Shown here: positions 46,483-55,111 of the stretch, piece after piece
Layout of the letters: each line of letters starts with the position of its first letter
Position numbering within the stretch: the stretch's first letter is position 1
Sequence record: ON287375.1
DNA: 64,000 bases
Direction: 5' to 3' (one strand)
The notes under the pieces: generated by a model
Databases searched by the model: none
Told to the model about the DNA's origin: nothing
The model's input: only the letters and a program-made list of their open reading frames with translations
Position numbers and translations under genes: made by a program

Positions 46483-46940
46483 TGGAACTTAAATTCCTGT
46501 TTGGGTCAACCCACCTCATCCCAATTGGAAAGGATGATGTTAAAGAAAATGTTTCTGTAAAGGAAGCAATTATCTTTACACGTAAAACTGATATTGTTCA
46601 GCATTCTGATATCAGTAATCGCACAAGCTTTATGGCTGTGACTAATGGTGGGTTTATCAAGCGTTTCCGTCGACCTTCTGGAACCATTTGGTATGGTGAA
46701 TCTGTTTCCTGCCGGGTAAGTACTGATGAATCCATGGAAAAGGTTTATCACAAGTTAGTCGAGCAAAATAACTACTGGTACTTTGAATTCGAAATGTACA
46801 ATGAGAAGCATGCCGTATTTATGGTGTGTCCAGAAGGCTTCCAACCATGTTCTCTGATTTCCGGTATTGAATGGAAACCATGCACACATGCGGAAGCTTA
46901 CGATATTGTATCTGCTGAATATGACTGTAACGGCTGGTAA
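46482..46940 (+). CDS. hypothetical protein
   Basis: TAATG coupling. Confidence 0.85.
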   Translation: MELKFLFGSTHLIPIGKDDVKENVSVKEAIIFTRKTDIVQHSDISNRTSFMAVTNGGFIKRFRRPSGTIWYGESVSCRVSTDESMEKVYHKLVEQNNYWYFEFEMYNEKHAVFMVCPEGFQPCSLISGIEWKPCTHAEAYDIVSAEYDCNGW

Positions 46941-46959
46941 AAATAATAAGTAAACATAA

Positions 46960-46989
46960 ACCTTACCTACCCAAACGGGTAGGTAAGGT
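46960..46989. terminator. bidirectional terminator
   Basis: accttacctaccc-aaac-gggtaggtaaggt between convergent genes. Confidence 0.85.
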
Positions 46990-47008
46990 CATTATGAATT
47001 ATTTATTT

Positions 47009-47614
47009 TTATACGATCGCTTTTAAATCTTCAATGAAGTAAAGCATTCCCTGGGTTGGTTCAATATTGATTGCTTCAACTGAGAATGTACCCGAATGTT
47101 TACCAGTAGGATCCATAGCGTCCAGTTTGTTAGTAACAATCTTATCCCAATAGATGTTACCCATCAACTTCATCGCGCCGTCTGGATTGCCTTGCTCGGC
47201 TTCAGATACAATACCATACTTACCAGTATCTGTTAATAACACAACACCTGCTTTCTGAGTTCCATTCTTAACGGCTAAAATTAAATCATCTACTTTAGCA
47301 TATTCAGTTACTGTAACTGAGAACTCTTCAAAGATAGGTTTGATAGTTACTTTTTCAACTTCAATATCTGCACGGAAGAAACCGGTCTTACGTGACAGGA
47401 AGCAACAGCGGACAATTCCACTATTGAAAGAAACTGGTGGTTCGATCATCACGTCTTCATGACGTAATCCATCGTAACGTTGTTTAGCTAAGTCCAGTTC
47501 TGGACTAGGCCCTGCTGCCTCTAGTTTAGCGATACGATCGACCATAAACTTTCGGGCAGACAGGAACACGGGGTCATTTATCTTTTTACTATTGATACCT
47601 GAAACAGTGATCAT
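47009..47614 (-). CDS. stand-alone homolog of the fibre N-terminal domain, 201 aa
   Basis: DPVF...GPSPELDLAKQRYDGL...SRKTGFFRADIE aligns with the N-termini of the 3373-aa and 1035-aa proteins. Confidence 0.88.
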   Translation of the reverse strand: MITVSGINSKKINDPVFLSARKFMVDRIAKLEAAGPSPELDLAKQRYDGLRHEDVMIEPPVSFNSGIVRCCFLSRKTGFFRADIEVEKVTIKPIFEEFSVTVTEYAKVDDLILAVKNGTQKAGVVLLTDTGKYGIVSEAEQGNPDGAMKLMGNIYWDKIVTNKLDAMDPTGKHSGTFSVEAINIEPTQGMLYFIEDLKAIV

Positions 47615-47683
47615 AATTGGCTACCTGTAAGGGGAAAGTGTCAGAGTATTTACTCATTCCAAAAGATTCAAATAAAAATAGAC

Positions 47684-47703
47684 AGATATTATCATCATGT
47701 ACA
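47684..47703 (+). promoter_or_regulatory. putative early promoter, copy 4
   Basis: agatattatcatcatgtaca. Confidence 0.55.
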
Positions 47704-47733
47704 ATCCATAGTTATGTTAATAAGGAAATCTAT

Positions 47734-48180
47734 ATGTCTATCGAAGTAGGTGTAGTGAACAGGGATGATCATGAAACATGCATTCGTGCTTTATGGGGTA
47801 GTAAGGAGAAAATGATTAACTCTCCTTTATTCCAGGAAATCGTTGATCGCATCAGTTACTTGGAAAGTCTTAATGACGATTTGAAACTCATCGCTGAGGA
47901 AGAAAGTTTGGTTCCTTGGTATCGTCCTATTAAGTTTCTCTTCGCTCGTTTGGGGTTGTTCTCTTATAAGTATGTAGTGAGTAACCGCCTCGATTCATTG
48001 GTTGCTAAATACAAAGCTCAAATGGGTTTACCTGTTGGGTTTGTAGTTGGTGCGATTAATGATAACATGTGTGACTTTATTTACGATATCAGGGAAATGG
48101 TCTCTATTCGTAATCATAAACTTAATTATAAATCCGACAAGTATCTGGAGGAAGCAAAGGTATGGAAAAGCAAACAGTAA
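47734..48180 (+). CDS. hypothetical protein
   Basis: Start moved to ATG 47734 (MSIEVG) after aagga. Confidence 0.8.
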   Translation: MSIEVGVVNRDDHETCIRALWGSKEKMINSPLFQEIVDRISYLESLNDDLKLIAEEESLVPWYRPIKFLFARLGLFSYKYVVSNRLDSLVAKYKAQMGLPVGFVVGAINDNMCDFIYDIREMVSIRNHKLNYKSDKYLEEAKVWKSKQ

Positions 48181-48560
48181 CTATGGAGAAATACCTATTT
48201 GAAACAGCTTACGATTCTTATACCGATATGTATCGTCAGGTTAAGAATGCAGGACTCATCGTAAGTCAACAAATGGGATGGCGTTTGTATCTAACCTTTA
48301 GGGGTTTAAAGGTTGCAAAAACTATGGCACATTGTGCTCAGTTTGCAGCTGAAATGAAAGAGCTGTTCTCAGATCATGAAACCATGCTTGGGTATGCCGA
48401 TGTTTCTGATCTGTTAGAAATCGTTCGTGAATATGACGAACTTCTTGCTAAGTATAAAGAGCATGTAGTTAAACTCTATGACTTGGCATTTATTAACACT
48501 ACTGTGGATTCAGAAGAACGCTTCAATGCTTATTGCTGTGGCGGCCGTATTCTGAACTAA
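48162..48560 (+). CDS. hypothetical protein
   Basis: ORF in operon. Confidence 0.8.
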   Translation: MEKQTVTMEKYLFETAYDSYTDMYRQVKNAGLIVSQQMGWRLYLTFRGLKVAKTMAHCAQFAAEMKELFSDHETMLGYADVSDLLEIVREYDELLAKYKEHVVKLYDLAFINTTVDSEERFNAYCCGGRILN

Positions 48561-48570
48561 AGGAGATAAA

Positions 48571-49107
48571 ATGAATACAGTGTTTTGGTCTGATGGTCAC
48601 GTTGACCACCCACCTGCCGTTAAGCAGCGTGGCTTTGAAAGTGTAGAAGCTTTCCAAGAGTATTACGCCGATATCTGGTGTACACATGTTACTAAACGCA
48701 CTAAGATTTTCTGCGTGGGTGATATGGCCTTGACTCACCAAGGTTTGGTATTCTTGAAAAAGCTTCCTGGTTACAAACATCTTATCCTGGGTAACCATGA
48801 TAAAGAACGTCAAAACGATATGCGCGATTTGATGGAAGTGTTTGATGACTTCGATGGTTTCTATAAGCATAAGAAGTCTCCATTGTATATTGCACACTGC
48901 CCATCTCATCCTTCGCAGCTCCGTGGTCGTTTGATGGTTCATGGTCATACTCACGCACAGGTCATCCCAGATGAACGTTATATCAACGTCTGCTTTGATC
49001 TACTCCCTAATGGTCCAGTATCTATCGAAGACATTGTCTCTGGTAAATATCGCTCTTACAGGAAACCTGAAAATGTTCAAACTCAAGGTGTTATCCAAAC
49101 TCTCTAA
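48571..49107 (+). CDS. calcineurin-like metallophosphoesterase
   Basis: SDGH, VGD, GNHD, HCP and HGHTH metal-binding motifs; SD aaggag. Confidence 0.9.
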   Translation: MNTVFWSDGHVDHPPAVKQRGFESVEAFQEYYADIWCTHVTKRTKIFCVGDMALTHQGLVFLKKLPGYKHLILGNHDKERQNDMRDLMEVFDDFDGFYKHKKSPLYIAHCPSHPSQLRGRLMVHGHTHAQVIPDERYINVCFDLLPNGPVSIEDIVSGKYRSYRKPENVQTQGVIQTL

Positions 49108-49312
49108 AATCATTCGTGTGATGTTCTTTATCGGTTTTACAGTAACGGCAGTACTGCTCGGATGGAATCATTTCCAACCCAAGGAAACTGTTGAGCTTTT
49201 AATAGTAAACTTTATAACAATCACCTTCCTACTTTTGATATTAGATCTAGTAGTGATCACTATCGTTGGTAGATTAAAAAGAAATGTGCGATGGAAAAGA
49301 CTATCAAGTTAA
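49073..49312 (+). CDS. small membrane protein, 2 TM
   Basis: Start ATG 49073 after agga; two hydrophobic segments. Confidence 0.65.
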   Translation: MFKLKVLSKLSKIIRVMFFIGFTVTAVLLGWNHFQPKETVELLIVNFITITFLLLILDLVVITIVGRLKRNVRWKRLSS

Positions 49313-49527
49313 CTTTCTTCATCATCATTTTACTTGTGGCGTTCATTATCTTTAATGCATGTGCGTTACATTATTATGGTGATAGCTTCGAACGAGATCT
49401 TTATAATTTCGTTTGGAAGTTTAATTTCATTTTATCTTTATCCTTGGCGTACTTAGTGTACGCCTTCTTTAACATGCTGGTAGAATACAGATACCCGACT
49501 GAGGAAGATTATGAAGACTTTGAATAA
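49291..49527 (+). CDS. small membrane protein, 2 TM
   Basis: Two hydrophobic segments; overlaps neighbours. Confidence 0.7.
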   Translation: MEKTIKLTFFIIILLVAFIIFNACALHYYGDSFERDLYNFVWKFNFILSLSLAYLVYAFFNMLVEYRYPTEEDYEDFE

Positions 49528-50701
49528 GTACGAAGCTTGGTACATGGAACAGTTGAACAACATCGTTAGTAATGGACAGCTTCGTGGTGACCGTACTGGA
49601 ACTGGTGTATTGTCATTGCCAGATCTCGAATACCGTCATGATCTGCGAGAGTCTTATCCTGTCCTGTTCTCTCGTTGGTTTAACCTGAAGTTCCCCATCA
49701 TCGAAATCAACTGGATGATGTCGGGTGAAGGTAACATCAAGCAACTGAAAGAAAATGGTTGTCCTTTCTGGAATAGCTTTGCAGTTCAGGGTGATAAAGT
49801 ACTTCCGACCGAACTTAGTCGTACAGAGCGTCTGAAACATCTGGCCATCAAGCAAGGCGTTCCTTATGGTAAGGTTCTCCAGATCTTTGGTTCCGAACGT
49901 CCTGAAGATATTGATATCGAATTGGACAAACAACAGATCCCTAACACTCAGGATATCTTAGTTGCTAAAGACGGTGACTTGGGTCCGATCTACGGTGTTC
50001 AGTGGCGTCACTGGCCGAACCCAGATGGTTCTACCTTCGATCAGTTAACTTATGCATTGGAAACCCTCCGTAAAGATCCTGATAGCCGTCGTGTTGTCGT
50101 GGATTGCTGGAACCCAAGCTATCTACCTGATCCAAAGAAAAGTCCAGCAGAGAACGCTGCACGTGGTAAAATGGCATTGACCCCATGTCACTTTACTTTC
50201 GGGTTCTACACTTGGGAAATTCCTTTCCATGAACGTGTAGAAGAACTGAAGAAAGTTTGTTCTCGTGAAGAGTGGATGTCGGTATACCCTGTTCATCGTA
50301 ATAGTGGGACTATCGAAAAGATCGACCGTTTAATCCAGAAGTATAATGTTCCTAAATACTATCTGGATCTGAAGTTCCTGATGCGGAGTAATGACTGGGT
50401 TCTGGGTCAACCTGCAAACATGAACATGTATTCAGCTATGCTGATGATGTTCGCTAAAGAACTGAACATGGTAGCGCGCTTTGTAAAATATACCGGTTGG
50501 GATGCACATGTTTATTGCAACCATCTGGAAGGCGTTGAAACTTTGAATGAACGTTGGGCAACTGGTCAGCATAAATACTCCACTATCAAAATGGTATTGG
50601 ACTCTGAACCTAAAGGGTTGTTTGGTTACCATCACGATGACTTTAAAGTTGTCGGTAAGTACGAACCACTCTCAAGTATCAAATTCCCTATCGCAATCTA
50701 A
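49511..50701 (+). CDS. thyA: thymidylate synthase with two insertions
   Basis: DRTGTG, LGPIYGVQWR, SRRVVV..WNP, MALTPCH, RSNDWVLGQPAN, DAHVYCNH. Confidence 0.95.
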   Translation: MKTLNKYEAWYMEQLNNIVSNGQLRGDRTGTGVLSLPDLEYRHDLRESYPVLFSRWFNLKFPIIEINWMMSGEGNIKQLKENGCPFWNSFAVQGDKVLPTELSRTERLKHLAIKQGVPYGKVLQIFGSERPEDIDIELDKQQIPNTQDILVAKDGDLGPIYGVQWRHWPNPDGSTFDQLTYALETLRKDPDSRRVVVDCWNPSYLPDPKKSPAENAARGKMALTPCHFTFGFYTWEIPFHERVEELKKVCSREEWMSVYPVHRNSGTIEKIDRLIQKYNVPKYYLDLKFLMRSNDWVLGQPANMNMYSAMLMMFAKELNMVARFVKYTGWDAHVYCNHLEGVETLNERWATGQHKYSTIKMVLDSEPKGLFGYHHDDFKVVGKYEPLSSIKFPIAI

Positions 50702-50707
50702 CTAACT

Positions 50708-50735
50708 AAACTGGGGAACTTCGGTTCCCTGGTTT
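50708..50735 (+). terminator. hairpin terminator
   Basis: aaactggggaac-TTCG-gttccctggttt. Confidence 0.7.
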
Positions 50736-50749
50736 ACTGGAGAAATGAA

Positions 50750-51643
50750 ATGAACCATAATGAAATTAAAGCTATCGCTGGTGTTGCTTCCATTCAGACC
50801 ATGATCCGTGGTGTTGGAACCATTAAGAAAATTCAAGAACTGAGCGATGTAAAAATCGACGGCTTAGTTGGACCGTTCACCTACAATGCGCTGAACTTTA
50901 TTGCTGGTGAAATCTTTGGCACCAAACCTTATGTTCCAGATGGCATGTATCGCCCTGAGGACGGTATCCTGGCACTTCAGAAGTGGTATGAAGGTGTTCG
51001 TACCACCATGGTCCCTCGTCGTGCTATGTTGCAACCACAACTTGAATGTGATGGGGTTTGGGGCGATGAGACTTATAACACCTTTAAAACTCTTCTTCAT
51101 AGTTATGGCCACCGATTAATTGATGAACAAGTTGGGTCTGTTCGTAAAGGCACCTTAGCTCGTCACCCACTTGCTGAACGTCCATACATTGGTGGTAAAC
51201 AAATTCCCGATGTAGCCGACGGTAAAGTTCTCAAAGATCATCCTAGTTCTGAATCATTCATGGGACCTGGAATGACTAGCCCAGACATGCTGGAGATGTT
51301 AGCTAAAGCGATGGGTTGGGATAACCCGGTTGTTTCTCCTGCCAATTTACTGGCTAGCGGTTATGAAGGTATCGTAACTCACAATACTGAAACCGGTGAC
51401 ATCTTGGGTGTGCTGATTTACAGGAAACCAGATCGCCCTACTCGTTTATATGAATTCAGTATCGTCGGAATTTATGTCCATGAAAGTGTTCGTGGTAAAG
51501 GTATTGGGACTGCTTTGGTTTCTCGTCTCACCAGCTTAGCTGATGGTCAACAAACTACCGTAAGCTATACCAACCATCGTAACAGACCTGCTGATGTTCA
51601 TGTGGCTAACTTCCTTGGCCCTCGTAAAGTAACTATCAAGTAA
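50750..51643 (+). CDS. peptidoglycan-binding-like domain + GNAT acetyltransferase fusion
   Basis: IDGLVGPFT and CDGVWGDET (PG_binding_1-like); IYVHESVRGKGIGTAL (GNAT motif A). Confidence 0.75.
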   Translation: MNHNEIKAIAGVASIQTMIRGVGTIKKIQELSDVKIDGLVGPFTYNALNFIAGEIFGTKPYVPDGMYRPEDGILALQKWYEGVRTTMVPRRAMLQPQLECDGVWGDETYNTFKTLLHSYGHRLIDEQVGSVRKGTLARHPLAERPYIGGKQIPDVADGKVLKDHPSSESFMGPGMTSPDMLEMLAKAMGWDNPVVSPANLLASGYEGIVTHNTETGDILGVLIYRKPDRPTRLYEFSIVGIYVHESVRGKGIGTALVSRLTSLADGQQTTVSYTNHRNRPADVHVANFLGPRKVTIK

Positions 51644-51649
51644 CATATA

Positions 51650-51677
51650 CCCTCTACTCCTTAACGGGAGTAGAGGG
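51650..51677 (+). terminator. hairpin terminator
   Basis: ccctctactcc-ttaacg-ggagtagaggg; identical core to 10100-10125. Confidence 0.8.
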
Positions 51678-51706
51678 GTTCAGTTTCACTTGTATTCTTT
51701 TTCAGA

Positions 51707-51726
51707 CATATATAATTAAAGTGTAT
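51707..51726 (+). promoter_or_regulatory. putative early promoter, copy 5
   Basis: atatataattaaagtgtata. Confidence 0.55.
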
Positions 51727-51782
51727 AAGACAATAAAGTTTTATACAACTAATCTTAATCAACTTATAGAGAGATATAAATC

Positions 51783-52133
51783 ATGGCTAACAATTTCGCA
51801 AACGTAGAACACTTCGCTGACCGTAACGTAGATGGTCTGGCTTACATGAAAGATACCCTGGCTAACGTTATGGGTGCAAACACCAAAGCTGATAAAGCTG
51901 AAGAGTTCGGTTCTTTCTCCATGGCTGCAATCAAAGCTCTGGGTCGTAAAGCATTCGGTGCTATTCCACTGTTCCGTACTAAACCACAGAACAATGGCGT
52001 AATGACTTTCCAGGCATTCTTCAATGACTTCGCTGAAACCAACAACATGTCTCAGCGTCTGCGCATGACCGGTGTTTGGGATGATGCTACTAAAGCTGCC
52101 TTCGATATGATGGTTGCTAAGTACAGTGCATAA
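51783..52133 (+). CDS. stand-alone peptidoglycan-binding-like protein, 116 aa
   Basis: tatagagaga leader; aligns with the N-domain of the upstream fusion; LRMTGVWDDATKAAF. Confidence 0.8.
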   Translation: MANNFANVEHFADRNVDGLAYMKDTLANVMGANTKADKAEEFGSFSMAAIKALGRKAFGAIPLFRTKPQNNGVMTFQAFFNDFAETNNMSQRLRMTGVWDDATKAAFDMMVAKYSA

Positions 52134-52140
52134 TGAATTG

Positions 52141-52181
52141 GCGTCGACAGTACAGGGAATTTATCCTTGTACTGTTGATGC
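52141..52181 (+). terminator. long hairpin terminator
   Basis: gcgtcgacagtacaggga-attta-tccttgtactgttgatgc, 18-bp stem with GU pairs. Confidence 0.75.
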
Positions 52182-52221
52182 TATATTTAGTTAAACTATT
52201 TATTTTTGTTTCGGAGATCTA

Positions 52222-52872
52222 ATGGTACCCAAACTTATACTCGCATTTGATATGGATGATACGTTGGTAGATACATACGGATTCATCTATGCGTTCATGC
52301 TACAGTTCTACACTGATCGTGGCATGGAAACTGAATTGAACTACATCATGGAAATGCACAAGAAAGGGCACAGTAGTTTGTCCTGGCGTAAAGATGAATC
52401 TGACGATGTATTCTATCAGATCATCAAGAAGCATACTTATATGGTTGATGCTAAACCTACCATGCTGTTGTCTAGTGACTTCATCAGTCTTTGTGAACGT
52501 CTGATGGAACAATACAAAGATGATATCAAATTTGTCATCTGTACTCACCGTGGGTTTACTAAATACGGTAAGCCTTTAACTGAGGAATGGTTAGAAGATA
52601 ATAAAGTTGATCACATCTTCAAAACTGTTCATGCTTTAGATCGTAAAGAACATGCTAATAAAGTAGCATTCTTGAAAGAACAATACCCTGGTTCAGAAAT
52701 CCGTTTAGTGGATGATAACCCAATGCATGATGGTGAAACCGTTCACCCTTATATGCCTGAGTTGGTAATCTACGACAAGATTACTGCTTTACCTGGTTAC
52801 TCTAAGCAGCGTAAATGGACCGGGAACATTCCTTTCTTAAACATGTGTTATCAAATTCTTAAGGATAAATAA
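52222..52872 (+). CDS. HAD-superfamily hydrolase, probable 5'(3')-deoxyribonucleotidase
   Basis: AFDMDDTLVD motif I, CTHRG motif II, KVAF and LVDDNP motifs III/IV. Confidence 0.82.
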   Translation: MVPKLILAFDMDDTLVDTYGFIYAFMLQFYTDRGMETELNYIMEMHKKGHSSLSWRKDESDDVFYQIIKKHTYMVDAKPTMLLSSDFISLCERLMEQYKDDIKFVICTHRGFTKYGKPLTEEWLEDNKVDHIFKTVHALDRKEHANKVAFLKEQYPGSEIRLVDDNPMHDGETVHPYMPELVIYDKITALPGYSKQRKWTGNIPFLNMCYQILKDK

Positions 52873-53495
52873 TGGACATTACAACTTTCGCTAAAACTAA
52901 CGAATTTATTCACTTCACTACTTATGCAATGATCGTGGCTGTAGATGCTAGTGGTGGTATTGGTATTAACAATACTCTTCCTTGGCCTAAGTGTAAGGAA
53001 GACATGCAGTGGTTCCGTAAACAGACCCTGGGTAAAATCATCGTGATGGGTCGTAGTACTTTTGAATCTATCGGCGGTAAGCCTCTTCCAGGTCGTATCA
53101 ATATCGTCATTAGTCGTACTCTCGATCCAGCAGTGGCTCGTGAAATCAATACTGCTAATGCTGAAAATAAAGATGCTGGGTATTTGTTGTTTGTCAACTC
53201 CCCAGATAAAGCTAAAGAAGTTATTCAGCAAACTGCCGGTACCCTTCATAAAGGTGGAGAAGTTATGGTCATCGGTGGTGCAACCATCTATGAAGCATTC
53301 TGGCCTTCCATCTCTCGGTTGTATTTAACTACCTTCGGTGATACCTACAATACCGATGTTGGATTGGAAATGGATCTCACAGGTTTTGATAAAGTCTATA
53401 TGGACGCGACTGGGTTCATGCAACCTAAGTTTGAGATCTATGATGCTCGCCCAAGCTTGATCGTTAATCGCAAAGATAACAAACGTTTCGCTTAA
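52872..53495 (+). CDS. folA: dihydrofolate reductase
   Basis: MIVAVD..GGIG..NTLPWP..KEDMQWFRKQT..K.IVMGRSTFESI..KPLPGRINIVIS; VIGGATIYE. Confidence 0.95.
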   Translation: MDITTFAKTNEFIHFTTYAMIVAVDASGGIGINNTLPWPKCKEDMQWFRKQTLGKIIVMGRSTFESIGGKPLPGRINIVISRTLDPAVAREINTANAENKDAGYLLFVNSPDKAKEVIQQTAGTLHKGGEVMVIGGATIYEAFWPSISRLYLTTFGDTYNTDVGLEMDLTGFDKVYMDATGFMQPKFEIYDARPSLIVNRKDNKRFA

Positions 53496-53521
53496 CCATC
53501 TTTAATAAGAGAGATAAATAA

Positions 53522-53776
53522 ATGTTCAAAATTCCAGCTGAGTTTGTATCCAAAGTTCGTGTTGGTGAAACTCTGGTCATTACTTCTATGGGTCATGGTA
53601 AAGCCTCTATCTGTGGTGAACGTGCTTGTATCCAGGTTCCATCGGAAGGTCGCTTCTTAGGTGAACGTTTCTTTGCAACCGGTGACAAATACTTGGTTAA
53701 ACGTTTGTCTCTCACTAACTGTGTCTCTACCTGTAAAGAAACTACCATCGTCTTTAAAGGTAAACAAATCCAATAA
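53522..53776 (+). CDS. hypothetical Cys-containing protein
   Basis: gagag SD. Confidence 0.75.
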   Translation: MFKIPAEFVSKVRVGETLVITSMGHGKASICGERACIQVPSEGRFLGERFFATGDKYLVKRLSLTNCVSTCKETTIVFKGKQIQ

Positions 53777-53821
53777 CAAATATAGAGGGATGGGAGGCTG
53801 TCCCTCTTTAGGAGCTTTGTC

Positions 53822-53944
53822 GTGCACTTCTTATATGAATTACTTCTACTTTTAGTAGGAGCCATAGCTACAGGGTTCGTTGCATTCCTTGCTAATGAAA
53901 GTTTCAAGTATTTGAAAACTCGTGTGGTAAATTATTTCAAATAG
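53822..53944 (+). CDS. 40-aa single-TM protein, not in the ORF track
   Basis: SD aggag + GTG; MHFLYELLLLLVGAIATGFVAFLANESFKYLKTRVVNYFK*. Confidence 0.55.
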   Translation: MHFLYELLLLLVGAIATGFVAFLANESFKYLKTRVVNYFK

Positions 53945-53963
53945 ATATTATCTACTTGGTATA
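53943..53963 (+). promoter_or_regulatory. putative early promoter, copy 6
   Basis: agatattatctacttggtata; perfect palindrome at 53942-53954. Confidence 0.65.
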
Positions 53964-53988
53964 AACAAAAGTGTTTAATCTGGAGACA

Positions 53989-54645
53989 ATGATGTCAGAA
54001 CAAGTATCTGTTCCGCGTCCAATGAAACGTGAAGTTTATCCAATGGAAATCATTGGGGTAATATCTGATCAGTCTAACACACCCATCATGAATAAAATTC
54101 GTGGTAACACGGAGCGTTTACCATATCACATTCATACTACTGGGCCTGGTGGTAATGTATCGGCAGGTTTTGCATTAATGGATATGCTGGGATCAATGGA
54201 TGTTAATGTGGTCTATTTCGTTCAGGGGTTCTGTGCGTCAATGAATGCGTGCTTTATCCAGGATCGTGATTTCTTAAGGCTGTGTTATCCACATACCAGA
54301 TTCATGTTCCACAGTTCAAAACTGAAGTTAGAAGGATCCGAAGAGGAAATCGACAACCTCTATAAGAACCTCAAGCTTTATGATACTGAAATCATTCAAA
54401 TTGTTGCCGATGCAGTTGGAATGGAATTCAAAGAAGCTAAACGTAAATTGTTTACTCATGATAAATTCTTCATGGGTAAGGATTTATTAAATGTAGGGGA
54501 AAATGGTGCTGTGGATGGAATCATCCAAACGTCATTGGGTGATCACAAATATCTCTGTAATACTCGCGGTGGTTTAAAAGTGATCGATACTTATATCCAT
54601 CAACGTTCAGACATTGCTGGACTTCCTGTGTGGACTAAAGAATGA
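53989..54645 (+). CDS. clpP: ClpP-like serine protease
   Basis: TGPGGNVSAGFALMDM, GFCASM (Ser), RFMFHSS (His), THDKF (Asp); start at ATG 53989 after ggag. Confidence 0.85.
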   Translation: MMSEQVSVPRPMKREVYPMEIIGVISDQSNTPIMNKIRGNTERLPYHIHTTGPGGNVSAGFALMDMLGSMDVNVVYFVQGFCASMNACFIQDRDFLRLCYPHTRFMFHSSKLKLEGSEEEIDNLYKNLKLYDTEIIQIVADAVGMEFKEAKRKLFTHDKFFMGKDLLNVGENGAVDGIIQTSLGDHKYLCNTRGGLKVIDTYIHQRSDIAGLPVWTKE

Positions 54646-55058
54646 CAGAATTGTATTGGATAGCTATCGGTTTATTAGCCGGTGTATACATCATCATCGG
54701 CCCGTGGACACTAGGGCAATTCTTCTGGTGTTTCGGTACCTCTCAGAGTAACCCAAGCAGTAGTGTTAAGTTTGTCAACATCCTAATCACCTTTGGGTTA
54801 ATCTTATTCTGGCCATTGTTCTATCTTTGGTTATTGGTAATGTCTCTATGTGCATATTACCAACACCGTAAACTGAAGAAACCACAACCTCGTCTTTATA
54901 CTTGCATTGGTAAAGGTGGTCGTTATAAGTGTTATGGAGAAACCACTGGAGCCGGTACATCCAGAGGTCAGTCTGTCGTTATCTATCAAGATATCGATAC
55001 TAAACAGTTATTCCATCGTACCAGAGATGACTTCAACAAACGCATGAAGCTGCTGTAA
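54642..55058 (+). CDS. membrane protein with C-terminal DUF1653-like domain
   Basis: Two TM segments then KGGRYKCYGE...VVIYQDID...FHRTRDDFNKRM. Confidence 0.7.
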   Translation: MTELYWIAIGLLAGVYIIIGPWTLGQFFWCFGTSQSNPSSSVKFVNILITFGLILFWPLFYLWLLVMSLCAYYQHRKLKKPQPRLYTCIGKGGRYKCYGETTGAGTSRGQSVVIYQDIDTKQLFHRTRDDFNKRMKLL

Positions 55059-55111
55059 AGTTATCTGTAGTAAAACCAACCTCACTTAATTTAGAAATAG
55101 GAATCAAAAAT

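Noticed and set aside
49511-50701. dCMP hydroxymethylase, or an intein/intron in thyA
   Set aside because: The specificity residue is Asn (RSNDWVLGQPAN), as in dUMP-specific ThyA; the insertions lack intein or intron signatures
50750-52133. Endolysin
   Set aside because: PG-binding-like motifs are present, but no amidase, muramidase or peptidase catalytic motif was recognised
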